Source of the DNA: Podarcis liolepis
Lineage: Eukaryota
Length of the DNA: 64,000 bases
Direction: 5' to 3' (one strand)
Assembly (NCBI GenBank): GCA_965112155.1
Contig: OZ218098.1
Part shown: positions 1 to 10,432 of the stretch, piece by piece
How positions within the stretch are numbered: the first letter of the stretch is position 1
Layout of the letters: every line of letters starts with the position of its first letter
Translations under genes and position numbers: made by a program
The notes under the pieces: model-generated
Databases searched by the model: none
What the model was told of the DNA's origin: nothing
The model's input: only the letters and a program-made list of their open reading frames with translations

Positions 1-59
1 ACAGCACAGCAAATTTAAAATAGGAAAGACTGTGATAAGAGACTTACTTTGGTCTGGAA

Positions 60-440
60 AAAATCAAATAGTTAGGATAACAAAAATGGTCCCTATGACC
101 ATGTTGGAAAACTGGAAGGTAAGTAACAGAAAGCACAATACTTTGTTGCACCCGAGATATATTGATGATAGAATTTATCATCTGGACAATTTTGACTCAT
201 TCTAAATCCCATCACAAATATCCTGCAGCCATCTAACTTGCTTTGAAAAAAATCCTGAATCTTCTTCAACTTCCATAATGCCAAATGGTACACAATCACT
301 TCTTTCAGACTGCTAAACATATCCCTTGAGATCCAACATGAACCCAAATACATCAAGACCACAGGATCCTTTCTTTCAAAAATTCTTGTGATATATAGCC
401 ATGTGATATATACCAAAGAGAATAAGATTCCAGAGAGTGA
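60..440 (+). mobile_element. Highly decayed Penelope-like element (PLE) reverse-transcriptase remnant; boundaries approximate
   Basis: Translation across frameshifts gives TKMVP...GKLE (about 79-117), then R-Y-I-D-D (155-169), a 1-nt frameshift, and F-I-I-W-T (174-188), then VIYSH near 388-402. These match the order of PLE RT motifs (GTKMAP..GKLE, RYIDDIFIIW, SVIYSQ). Confidence 0.55.
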
Positions 441-915
441 GCAAATGAATGAATAAATTCCATCTGAGATGATACTGCCTTCTTGCTAGCCTCAGCAAAC
501 TTGTGAAGTCTTAAAGTGCCATGAACTCTTTTAGACAAAGTAGGGTTGAATTCCATGTAGGAGTAGTTAGGTTGTGCCATTGCACAAGAATAAATCCTCC
601 CCAAAGCAGATTTAGGGACTGCACGGGGAGAAGAGAGGCCAATCATGGTGCTAGAGCGACTGTTTGGTTTAACACTGCACTAACTCCCATTAAGTTCAAC
701 AGACCTCACTTCCCAGTCCACGGGTACAGGAAACACAGCCTTGCAGTACAATCCTATGCATCTCTACTGAAAGTAAGTTTCACAAACTTCACTGAGTATT
801 GCAGCCTCAATCTGTTGTGTTCTGTCAGAGAAGTGTACTGCATCATGCATAAACCTGTTAACACAATAATATGATCCTCTTCTTCAGTCTTTTGCCCAGC
901 TTTCCACTCCCAATA

Positions 916-917
<2 letters not shown>

Positions 918-953
<36 letters not shown>
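918..953. repeat. (GT)18 microsatellite
   Basis: Perfect dinucleotide run. Confidence 0.98.
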
Positions 954-955
<2 letters not shown>

Positions 956-1039
956 GTGAGTGAATGACCAGGCACTAGTAGAAAATAACAAAAAAAGAAT
1001 AAACATCACCTTAGTGGAACTGAATCTCTCAGGGTGTGG

Positions 1040-1370
1040 GTGATATGCTTCAAAGCTACTACTTTAGGATCCCCTACCATTTGAACCAAGTTGGTGGTCC
1101 CTTTAGCAAGCCTTTCAAACTCCTAGCTGGAGAATTGCAAACTACTACTTTCTGGTTAAGACAATTTCATTTCTGGGAGTATATGGGACCATTTGTGACA
1201 CTGTCTTGGAGATCATGTGCTTCTGCTGCTGGCTTGTATTTGTTATTCATTGCTTCTGTCTTGTTCCTTTGCCATTCTGTGCTTCAGTGATTGTTTTGTT
1301 TTTGTTTCCATTTTAAGCCGCCTTGAGTTTCTTTAGCATGAGTTGGCAGATTTAAATAATTTTAATAATT
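1040..1370 (+). mobile_element. Old L2-type LINE 3' end remnant; boundaries approximate
   Basis: T-rich 3' UTR-like tract ending in TAAGCCGCCTTGAG... followed by an AT-rich tail, typical of squamate L2 termini. Confidence 0.4.
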
Positions 1371-3228
1371 CAGTTAATATAGGATCCATGTGTGCTTGGC
1401 AGTGGAAGTTGCTGCTATAAAAAAACATCAATCCAATAGCTAATTGTGATTGTGGACCTTGCCCTTCAAAATCAGTGGATATTGCTTAAATTTTTAAAAG
1501 TCTCTGTTTAATATGCATTAATATTTAAAATCTCCAAGCATTGTCCTTGGGAATAAAATATACCTTGGGGAATATGCCATTAGTAAGTTTTACTCTTATA
1601 AAAGAACTACAGTTATAAAGTTTTGAACAGTGTGGTAAAAACTTTGCAAAGGGAAATAAATCTGCACAGTTAAAAGTGTCTAGCACGTTAACGTAAAATT
1701 TAATATTTATCATATTGGATTAATCGCCATTTCATTTGAGTTCATTGTTTAATGATGAATGATGAAGTCTTTGACTTTTTCTTTCTAACCAATATTCCCC
1801 AAATACTACAAAAATCTGCCTAGATTTACAGCGACATTGGTCTCCTGAGTAAGTCCAAATGCTGAAACTTATTTGAAATCGAAAAACTGCAACAACTGTG
1901 GGGATTTTCGTGTGACTGCCACAAAAGCCAACAGCCTTGTTTTGTACAATTCCATTTCAGTCTATCCTTTTTCTTTTACGTAGTTCAGGGCTGTCAAGTT
2001 GCTCTCTTTTTCTCTGAACTCTTGAGCAGAATTACTGCTTGTTTTTGTAATAAAATATGTGCCTGTCCTTTAGCTGATTACAGTATCAGTGAAAACATTA
2101 CAAGATAATTCTATGTTTCCAAAGGTTTTCACATCAAACACAATGTAGCCTGTTTGTAAAATGGTCTTGCCTTGTAAGAACTTCAGACATGTAACAGAGA
2201 CAGAGAGGGACTGTTTCAGTCTTGAATTTTATATGTTGAATCATGTACCATGACAAATGTCACCTATATATGTCAAATAGTCACATGCAAAAGGACAGAA
2301 TTAAAATGTGGACCACCATTTCTGCGAGGAAAAGCTTTAAGTGACTCCCCACTACAGGAACAACCTTGTTGGTTTTGGGGAGAAAGGGTCACTGTTTTAT
2401 AGAATGGAGTTGAAATTTCTCTTAAGACATGTTTTTTAAAAAAATAAAAAATAAAAATCTCCCATTCCAGGGGGTGGGGGTGGGGTAGGAAATCCACTTG
2501 TTGGCTGGATATTCTCTACTATTTTTTCCTGGTGGCTACCACTCAACAGCACTGCCATGCTACAGTAAAACTCAATGTTAGACCTTGCGGAGAATTCTTC
2601 TGCTATCAGCTGCAAAAAAAACCTGACCCCCCCAAAAAGTCGTGTTAACAAAACTTCTAATGATGAGACCCATTCTAGAGAAAGAGAATTTTATTTCCTC
2701 CAGGATAGAATTCTCTACTCAGAATTAGGGTGGAGAATATTTAGGGCCATTTGAGCAGAGCTCTGTTATAAAGTGTGTAGAGGTGAGTTTGGTAAGTACT
2801 CTCAACATTCTACTAGGCTTGAAAATTATACCGGTATTTATCTGTTCTAGAGCCGGAGAGGTGGAGTATTGCCTAAAAAGATTTTGTCCTTAAGAGGTTC
2901 TGCCATTCTATCACAATCCAAATTCATGACCTAGGACAAGTTACCGTATGTAGTCCCCCTCACAAATTTTTAATGTTCTCTTTCCATTTGTATTTTAATG
3001 TGCTTGGCTTGGATCCAAAGAACCATGAGCTGAAAGAGAAAATACATTAGTGTGGTTCTGTGAACTCTTGGGCAAGCGGTAGCTAGAAAATTATTGCACT
3101 GCCGCATCACAAAACATCAGGGGCTCTGTTACAGTAAGGAAGATACAGGCTGGAGTTATATAAAGTGATCCAAAACAAAAATCAAGAAAGAGCTTCAACA
3201 ATTTGTGCAATTTGCATGAACAGAGGGA

Positions 3229-3361
3229 AAGGGTTCTTAACTATAACCTGATAGGTTTCAAGGGATATGCGAACTTGATGCTCTTTTTCTGGAGAGAGTG
3301 TCAACAGCTTTCAACAGATTCTCAGAAGAGTTTGTGACCCACAAAACATTAAGACCCACTG
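3229..3361 (+). mobile_element. Old hAT-Charlie non-autonomous element (MER103-like)
   Basis: Ends read AAGGGTTCTTAAC...ATTAAGACCCACTG (degenerate TIRs). The internal TTTTTCTGGAGAGAG..CAGCTTTCAACAGATTCTCAGAAGAG..GTGACCCA resembles the 3' half of Charlie-group MITEs as I recall them. Confidence 0.5.
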
Positions 3362-4752
3362 GTTTACAGTCACTTTTTTGATGCCCTGGTCTTTTCCTAG
3401 TTTCACAACAGCCATTTTATGACCAGAAGAGTTTTTCTGCTAATAGAAGAAAACCATTGGAACCAAGTCCTCATGTTTAATTACATTTGTAAGCCAGAAT
3501 GGCCATTTTGGGAAGGTAGGGTATAAATATTTAAAATTAATAAACGAGCAAGCAATCAAACATCTAACTATGAACTCTCCTGCCTTCTTTATGGGATACG
3601 AGGGCAGGATAGAGTTGCAAAGGTCTCTGGTTGCAAAAGCCAATGGCCAGGCCAGAAAATGTCTCCACACTGCACACTGAATAGCCAAGAGCTAAATCTA
3701 TGTTGGAGCATCTAAAGAAGATGATTTAAATACCTTGATTTTGATTAATACAAGTGAAATACTTCATTCTACCTTTACATATGCTACAAAGAATAATAAT
3801 AATTCCACTCCTAAAACCACACATCTGCTGCTAGTCAAAAGATCAGGAGTAAAACAATTAAAACCCAGGGGGTTTAATAGCTACGAAACAGAAATTTCCT
3901 ACTTATAAGTATATATATATTCCCATCTTAAAAAAGAAAGAGCATTTTGGGCATAATCTGGCCAACTCTAACCACTTCTATATTCCATTAGATTCAATGG
4001 GAGAGGTTTAAGTGTGTGCTTAACTTTCCTCAATACTGGTTTAAAAGTGTTTAATTTTAGCTGGATTGTGGCCTTGGTAGGTTAAAAGAACATGGGACAG
4101 CCAAGTGAATCTTACACAATCCATCTCCTTGTTTTTTCAATGGGGTGGACCCAGCTTTCTTTGACTGCCATTCCAGGGGTAAAAGGATATGAAAACCTAG
4201 TAAATTCAATGGAACCTATTTCCAGATAACAGTCTACAGGAGTGCAGCCTAATTTACATTCTAGATCGTTGTTGTTGTTGTTGTTGTTATGTACCATTAA
4301 ATGTCTGCACATTTGCAACGGTTAAAATTTGCAACTTTTACAGCCACAAGAGCATGACAATTTTATTCTATAACAATGAATTTCTCCTGTCATCAAACTC
4401 CTTTCATAGCATAGCCAAAACTGCTACCTTCAGAATATCTCATGTTTTAGATGACCTTTAAGCACAAAACAAGTGTTTGCTCTGTATTTCTGTACTCTCC
4501 TACAGTCAAGGCTAGTGCAAAACATTGTTCTGCCTGAGACGATGTAGACCAGCCTTGTCCTCTTCCTGCACTGACCTCAGCAGCCTCCTTCTGCTTTAGT
4601 TTAGTTTTGGGGGTTTTGCCACTAGCAGTGACAGTGCAGGCACACCTTGGGTCTTCTATGGAACAATACATTGTGAGCAGGGTGGCCGTGGAAACACTCT
4701 GCAGCAGCAAATGCTATTTAAGGTTTCACAGTAGTTAACTGTGACTTCAGAT

Positions 4753-4976
4753 CAGTGACAGAGAGCAGGCAGGGGCGTGGCTGGCATGGGTCCCAGGGCC
4801 ATGGTGCGTGTCCCGGGGGCATGGCATGGTGCCCGCAGGGGCATGATATGCGTCCTGGGGGCATGGTGCGCCACCTGCGGGGGTGTGGTGCCCAGTGTGT
4901 GGGGGCAGCAGTGATGGCACCCTGCTGACATCGTGCCGTGGGGTGGGGGAGAGCCCCCCCTTTTCCTCTGCCAGTG
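4753..4976. mobile_element. GC-rich hAT-type MITE
   Basis: Exact 8-bp TSD CTTCAGAT at 4745-4752 and 4977-4984. Imperfect TIRs CAGTGACAGAG / CTCTGCCAGTG (9/11). The interior is made of degenerate GGGGCATGG(TG)-like units. Confidence 0.8.
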
Positions 4977-7899
4977 CTTCAGATAGGCATTCTCCCAATC
5001 ACAACGCCTTGCTCTGAGGAAAGAGCTTCCTCAGATAAAGGCATAGCCAACTCAGACAGGCATTTAGGCATGTCACTGCCACTTTGCTGCAACGGAAATG
5101 TGGAAGTGGTAATCCTAGCATTTTAGGCAGTGGCTGTTGGGCTGGAGTTGCAGCTGCTCAGTTGGTGGGAGCAGTGGCAGATGCAGTAACCACCACAGTA
5201 GCAGGCAGTCCACAAGATGGTGGTGGGCAGCTCTGAAAATGGGCAAAAACAGCAACAGAGAGGCTGGGGGGGCACTGATTTGCCACTACTCCTGATCTGT
5301 TTAACAAACTGAAGGACATCGTCCTCTTTCTATGCTCCTCCCAATGGAAACATGCAGATGAGGACAGATATGACCCTGCTGGAAGTCATTTACATACTTT
5401 CTTCTCTTGTATATTAGTTACTACAAAGCTTGATGACTAAGCTCTTAAGCGAGGAAACATCTGATTACCAAACGGATGTCTGGTATACCACAAGTGGACT
5501 CTTTATTACTGTGTTTGCAATTGTTTAAGATAAAACTTATTTGAGAAAGAAACTACTTTTACTGTTTGTTTACAGATAGTTGCCTTGTTGATATTATCTT
5601 GTGTCAATTGCCAGTTGACACAAGGGGCTCACCCTGGCTCATGGATGGACTGGTCCTGTCTACGTTTTTCATATAAAAAAGACATGTGTTGATGAAGGGA
5701 CACTGCTTTCACTGTTGAGGGAAACATTTTGGGTTTATAAGTAGGTCAAGTATGCATCTGGAAACAACTGTATACATCTCCACAGGTGTGGCAAACCAAG
5801 ATGGATGGAGGGTTATTGTTGTTGTTTTTAAAAAAAGGTCTGTTCTAATTTACATCTCAATTAGTGTTAACGATAACGAATTCTATCTTGCCTGTTAGAA
5901 AGAATCAGATTACTTAAAACTGCTACATTCTAAAATGTGCTCCACTGATTATACATATGGTTAGAGCCAGGCAGAAGCTATGAATGGTGGTCTCTGAATC
6001 TAAGATGCATATGCCATTCCTGAAGCCTGTTGCTAGATATAGAGGCTGGAAAAGCTGGCGTATGGCAGTTAGAAGTAAACTACTTCTTACCCAAGCTCTA
6101 TGTATGTATTTATTTACATACAGAGGTATCACACTATCAGCTTCCAACACGGACCACCACTGAAGCGTGGAAGGATGCAGCACCTCTACCAGTGGACATC
6201 AGTAGGAGACAGCCAGCACAGTAACGAGGCCATGTCAGCTCCATGCAGACCCCCTGAATGCCCTGAAATGATGCGACATTATCACAATGGAGTTCTGCTC
6301 TTGACTGCAAAAAAGACCTTTCTCCCCACAACATCATCTGCTATGGCAATACACATACAAATAATTATAATAAAAAACCTGCCACTATAAATGCCGATGC
6401 CAAAATGTTCCCATCACCCAATTTACCTTCTGCAGCTGGGGCAATAAATTCAGGACAGGGTTTTACAAAATGCTGACTAATGTATCTAGTTGCTTCCCTC
6501 GCAACTTTCAGCACATTTATAACAAATATCAACGGAGGAAGAAAGAGCTGTCTGGATTTCCCTTTGATGCAACATTTTTATTTCACCTAACTAGTTTTTC
6601 TGGTAGAAGCCTGTGCAAGGATTTCTGCTAGCACAATTGGGCTTCCCCCTTGCTGCCCTGTCACCCTGCTGCTCTGTCCCTGAAATGGGCTCTCAGGGGT
6701 GGGGTGTCAGGAGAACCCCTAGAGCAGCAGACAGGGAGGGATCATTCCACCTGGAAAGCTGGAAAGCTTGTGCTGATGGAATGATTGCCATAGTGCTATC
6801 TTGAATTCTTCCCTTAGTATATCCAGTCCTTTCTAGCCTTTAAAACACACACCCATCCTTTGAGACAAAACCGCAACATCATGTTATTTATAGCCAGAGT
6901 AGTTTGTAGGACTGCCAAAAATATTAAGATAATATTTAGACTTTTAATGGAAATAGTGCTTACATGAAATTCACATGAAATTGGGTAATGGCGTGGAACT
7001 GCACTGAGAGAAGTCAATTTACCTTTGGATGCCAAGCTTCAGATAAAGGGGATTTTATTTTGCCTGGGGTGGTAGCTTCTTTTGTGCATAAGAGCCTCAA
7101 CCTAGTAAAAATGCACATGAAATTAATATGGTTTGTATTGTGCCAGCTGCACACTGTGCTCTGAACAGCATGCTAGAAACTAACTACTTACATGCAATAA
7201 TACCTGAAGGATAACAAAGGTTGCCATCCTCAGAAGGGTTCGTGAGACCCATTTAACATCTTCTCACAACTTTATGAGATTCCATTGCTTGCAGGTGAAA
7301 TAATCTGAGGTTTACATGGTTTGACAGCATACCTTTCAGCTACCTCTGTCTGCCCTGTTTTCTCTCCAGTGTAAGGCACCACTTGCTTCCATGCATTTAA
7401 AGATTAATTCCCAGCTCAATCCTATTCATGAGTACTTGTAGAGAAGGCTGTAGTTGGATAGCCCAATTCTCTGCATGTTTACTCAAAAGGAAGTCTGACT
7501 GCATTCCAGGAGGATGGCAGCCTTGGGACTCAAGATTGAATTAAATGCACCAGAGTGCACAAGTTCTCTGTGCTATGCATTCTTCTAACTATTTGGGGAT
7601 GAGAATTCAATCCCACAAATATCCCATCTGCAATAGGCATGAGCTGCTGCATATCCTTACTTTTCCTTATAGCTTAGCATGCCTGATTCAGCCCAGAAAA
7701 GCACAACAGATGTTTTGATCCCACCAGATTCATCACTAGGAAGCTAAAAGATTTGGGGCACAGGTCTGTGGCACATATTTGCATATCATGATTTATATTT
7801 AGAGAAACAGATGTAAGTCTCAGAGCATGGTAAAATACTAAGTGGGGGTCTCACCAGCACTGCATTTTGCAGCAAACCCAACCCAACTCTGTAAGTTAT

Positions 7900-8015
7900 G
7901 AATGGGGAACCTGGGTTCTCCAGTACCCATCAGCCCAAGCCATCATGGTCAATGGGCAGAAATAATTGAAGCTGAAATCTAGCAACATCTGCAGGGCCAC
8001 AGATTATGAATCCCT
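7900..8015. mobile_element. Decayed short palindromic hAT MITE (same family as 59600-59735)
   Basis: Contains CCCATCAGCCC...CAACATCTGCAGGGCCACAG..CCCTG, shared with copies at 27575, 55320 and 59600. Confidence 0.55.
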
Positions 8016-8189
8016 GCTGTCACCCAAGATTTAAATAAAGTTTTTAAGAAGGAGGTAAAGGATATCTGGGACCCAGTACCAGAGACCTGGGTCTCAGGCC
8101 ATTCCCTAACAATATCCCTGGACTCCACATGGTCAACTGAATTCATATATAAATTCTCAAAAATACATGAGCCACCAGAATATGCTTCC

Positions 8190-8246
<57 letters not shown>
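8190..8246. repeat. (AAT)19 microsatellite forming the tail of the adjacent minus-strand L2
   Basis: Perfect trinucleotide run directly abutting the L2 3' end. Confidence 0.97.
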
Positions 8247-8583
8247 TTTATTTATATGCTGCCTATCTGACTGGGTTGCCCCGGTCACTTTGGGCTGCTC
8301 CCAACAAAATATTAAAACCACAGTAAAACATAAACCATTAAAAACTTCCCTGAACAGGGCTGCCTTCAGATGCCTTCTAAAAGTCCAATAGTTATTTATT
8401 TGATTGGAGGGCATTCCACAGGGCAGACGCCACTACTGAGAAGGCCCTCTACCTGATTCCCTGTAGTTTCAATTCTCACAGTGATTTAACTGCCAGAAGG
8501 CCCTCAGAGCTGAACCTCAGTGTCCAAGCTAGATGATGGAGGTGGAGATGCTCTTTCAGGTACATAAGGCCGAGGCCATTTAG
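8247..8583 (-). mobile_element. 5'-truncated L2-clade LINE (ORF2 C-terminus plus 3' UTR)
   Basis: Minus strand encodes RAFSVVASALWNAL and FRRHLKAALF, characteristic of the L2 ORF2 end, and terminates in an (ATT)n tail. Confidence 0.8.
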
Positions 8584-9526
8584 ATTACATATATCATTTA
8601 ATCTAGTTTTTAATTATGAACACTTGGATTCCCCCCCATATTTCCTAAATATGAAAGGTACCCATTATTTCTTTCTTTTCAATATACCATGCCAAACTGC
8701 ATTGGTAACTTTCTTCACCTCACAGAGGCTTTACTAAGGGAAACATGTGGAAATGCAGGTTGATAAAAGGGGCTGACAAGGAATAATGGGTTTGATTTAC
8801 TGAACATACAGCGAGACGCATTTGTTTTGGTATAGGAATCTCATAAAAATTATTAGCTGTGTAAGGCAAAAATAAGCCAATTTAAATACCGCAGATGCCA
8901 AAATCAGTCATGTAGCACATTTTTTCCTGCAGCACATTAGAAGAGATTCGCAGGGAACTAACAAAATAGTATTAGTATTCTTCAACACACAAAAGGCTGG
9001 TTTAGGGAAGACTTGAAGAATTAATGACCAGATATGGTGATGCATATTAACTGCTCAAGAAGCCCTAATATGTTATATTAGAAACAGAAATAGAACAAAC
9101 CACTTTGAGTATAAAATATGAACTGACCCCAACAGTGCTATTATTTCAAGGGAGGAAAAACAAATTCTAGTTAAAACAGGCTTACAAAATTCTATTTGGG
9201 CAGCCACTCATGAAATACAATTTTTAGTTATTTTATCCACCGAATATAATGTTTGTTTCCCCCCCTCTTGGTGGCAAAGGTGCTGAATATATTTTGTGCT
9301 TGGGCTGGTCTTTTTAAAGATGAATTCACAAACTTGCATGCTGGTAGAGTGCACACATCACGTACAATATGGGAAAGTAAATTATCATTCTGTGCTAAAA
9401 TTTATGTCAAGCTGGCAAGTAAAAGAAACATTATTGTGCCATTTTCTCTAGTCACAGAATTTTGAAAGTGCTAGCTTTGAATGGGATAAAGAATGGGATA
9501 AAGTGATTGCAACACTGATGGAATGA

Positions 9527-9958
9527 TAGATGTGGATGGGTTAATCTGTCAATTTCAGTTTCTCTTACTTTCCTTTCCCCCCCAATGTTAAGTACATTTC
9601 CACATCAGTTTGCATTTTTTTTAAATAAAAAAGGTCCTCATGAAAATTCATCAGCATTTTCATGCAAATTTTGCCCAATATACACATTGTTCCTAGCAGT
9701 TCCCTGCAGTATATCACATTTTTCTTGCAATATGTTGCATTTTTCTATCTTATTTTTGCCAGTATATATTTATATGCACACATTCCCTTAATACATGCAT
9801 TTTGTACACATTTTGTTGGCTAGATAACTGAATTGCAAAGTTCGGAGAAGTGAGAATTCCGAAGGAGAGCTGCGTTTTGGTTCGTGTATTGTTTCAGGAC
9901 ATTTGAATTAGGTAGGTTGCACTAAAATATGAGCAAAACTGACTTTCTTTCCCTTATG
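9527..9958. mobile_element. Old non-autonomous DNA transposon-like interspersed repeat; a possibly related older copy lies at about 23034-23395
   Basis: Recurrent TGCATTTT/CACATTTT motifs and ends resembling a common lizard TAGGGATG-type element. TIRs are decayed and no TSD is seen. Confidence 0.45.
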
Positions 9959-10396
9959 TAATAACAGATAACACATCACCTCTCTTTGCATCATGGGGAT
10001 GGAGAATCATCTCAGTGGTGGTGCCTCAAGGAGGAATGAGAGACCCACCATTGCTCTACTAGAGCTCTATTTATGGGCAGCTGACCACTACCGCTCCCAA
10101 AATGAAAAGGCAAGCATGCATGTTGTCAGAGGCAGAAGTCACCTATGTTTCCAGCTGCTCACTACTTACTTCTGGAATGCGCTACCTGCTCACTCACCCT
10201 CTCTCTCTTTGGGCAGTGAGCTGGGGAGGACTGGGAAAGAAAATACCACTTGGAGTGAGAGAAGAGAAGCTGCAGTGTAGCTTGCAGGTAGACCCAGGGG
10301 CAGTTTCTCTGGGTGCAAAATTGTTAGGGGCACAAAATTGCACCGCTTGGTTATTTTCTGAATGTTGAGCTGTTTCTAAATTTGTTCATTCATACA

Positions 10397-10431
<35 letters not shown>

Positions 10432-10432
10432 A
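10397..10432. repeat. (TAAA)9 microsatellite
   Basis: Perfect tetranucleotide run. Confidence 0.95.

Noticed and set aside
1-124. Open frame ending at a strong donor AAG|GTAAGT (118/119), suggesting an exon cut by the window edge
   Set aside because: The peptide matches no host protein I recognise, and the same frame continues past the donor into RYIDD, which is better explained as the Penelope remnant.
4753-4976. GC-rich patch as a CpG-island promoter
   Set aside because: It is only 224 bp, bounded by an 8-bp TSD and TIRs, and its CpGs are decaying, so it is a transposon.
6122-6304. Minus-strand exon-like segment with TTTTTTGCAG acceptor and GTATGT donor (183 nt)
   Set aside because: Stops in all three frames and no recognisable product. 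It could only be a non-coding exon, and there is no evidence for that.
8157-8414. Poly-Ile ORFs on both strands
   Set aside because: Artefacts of the (AAT)n tail of an L2 element.
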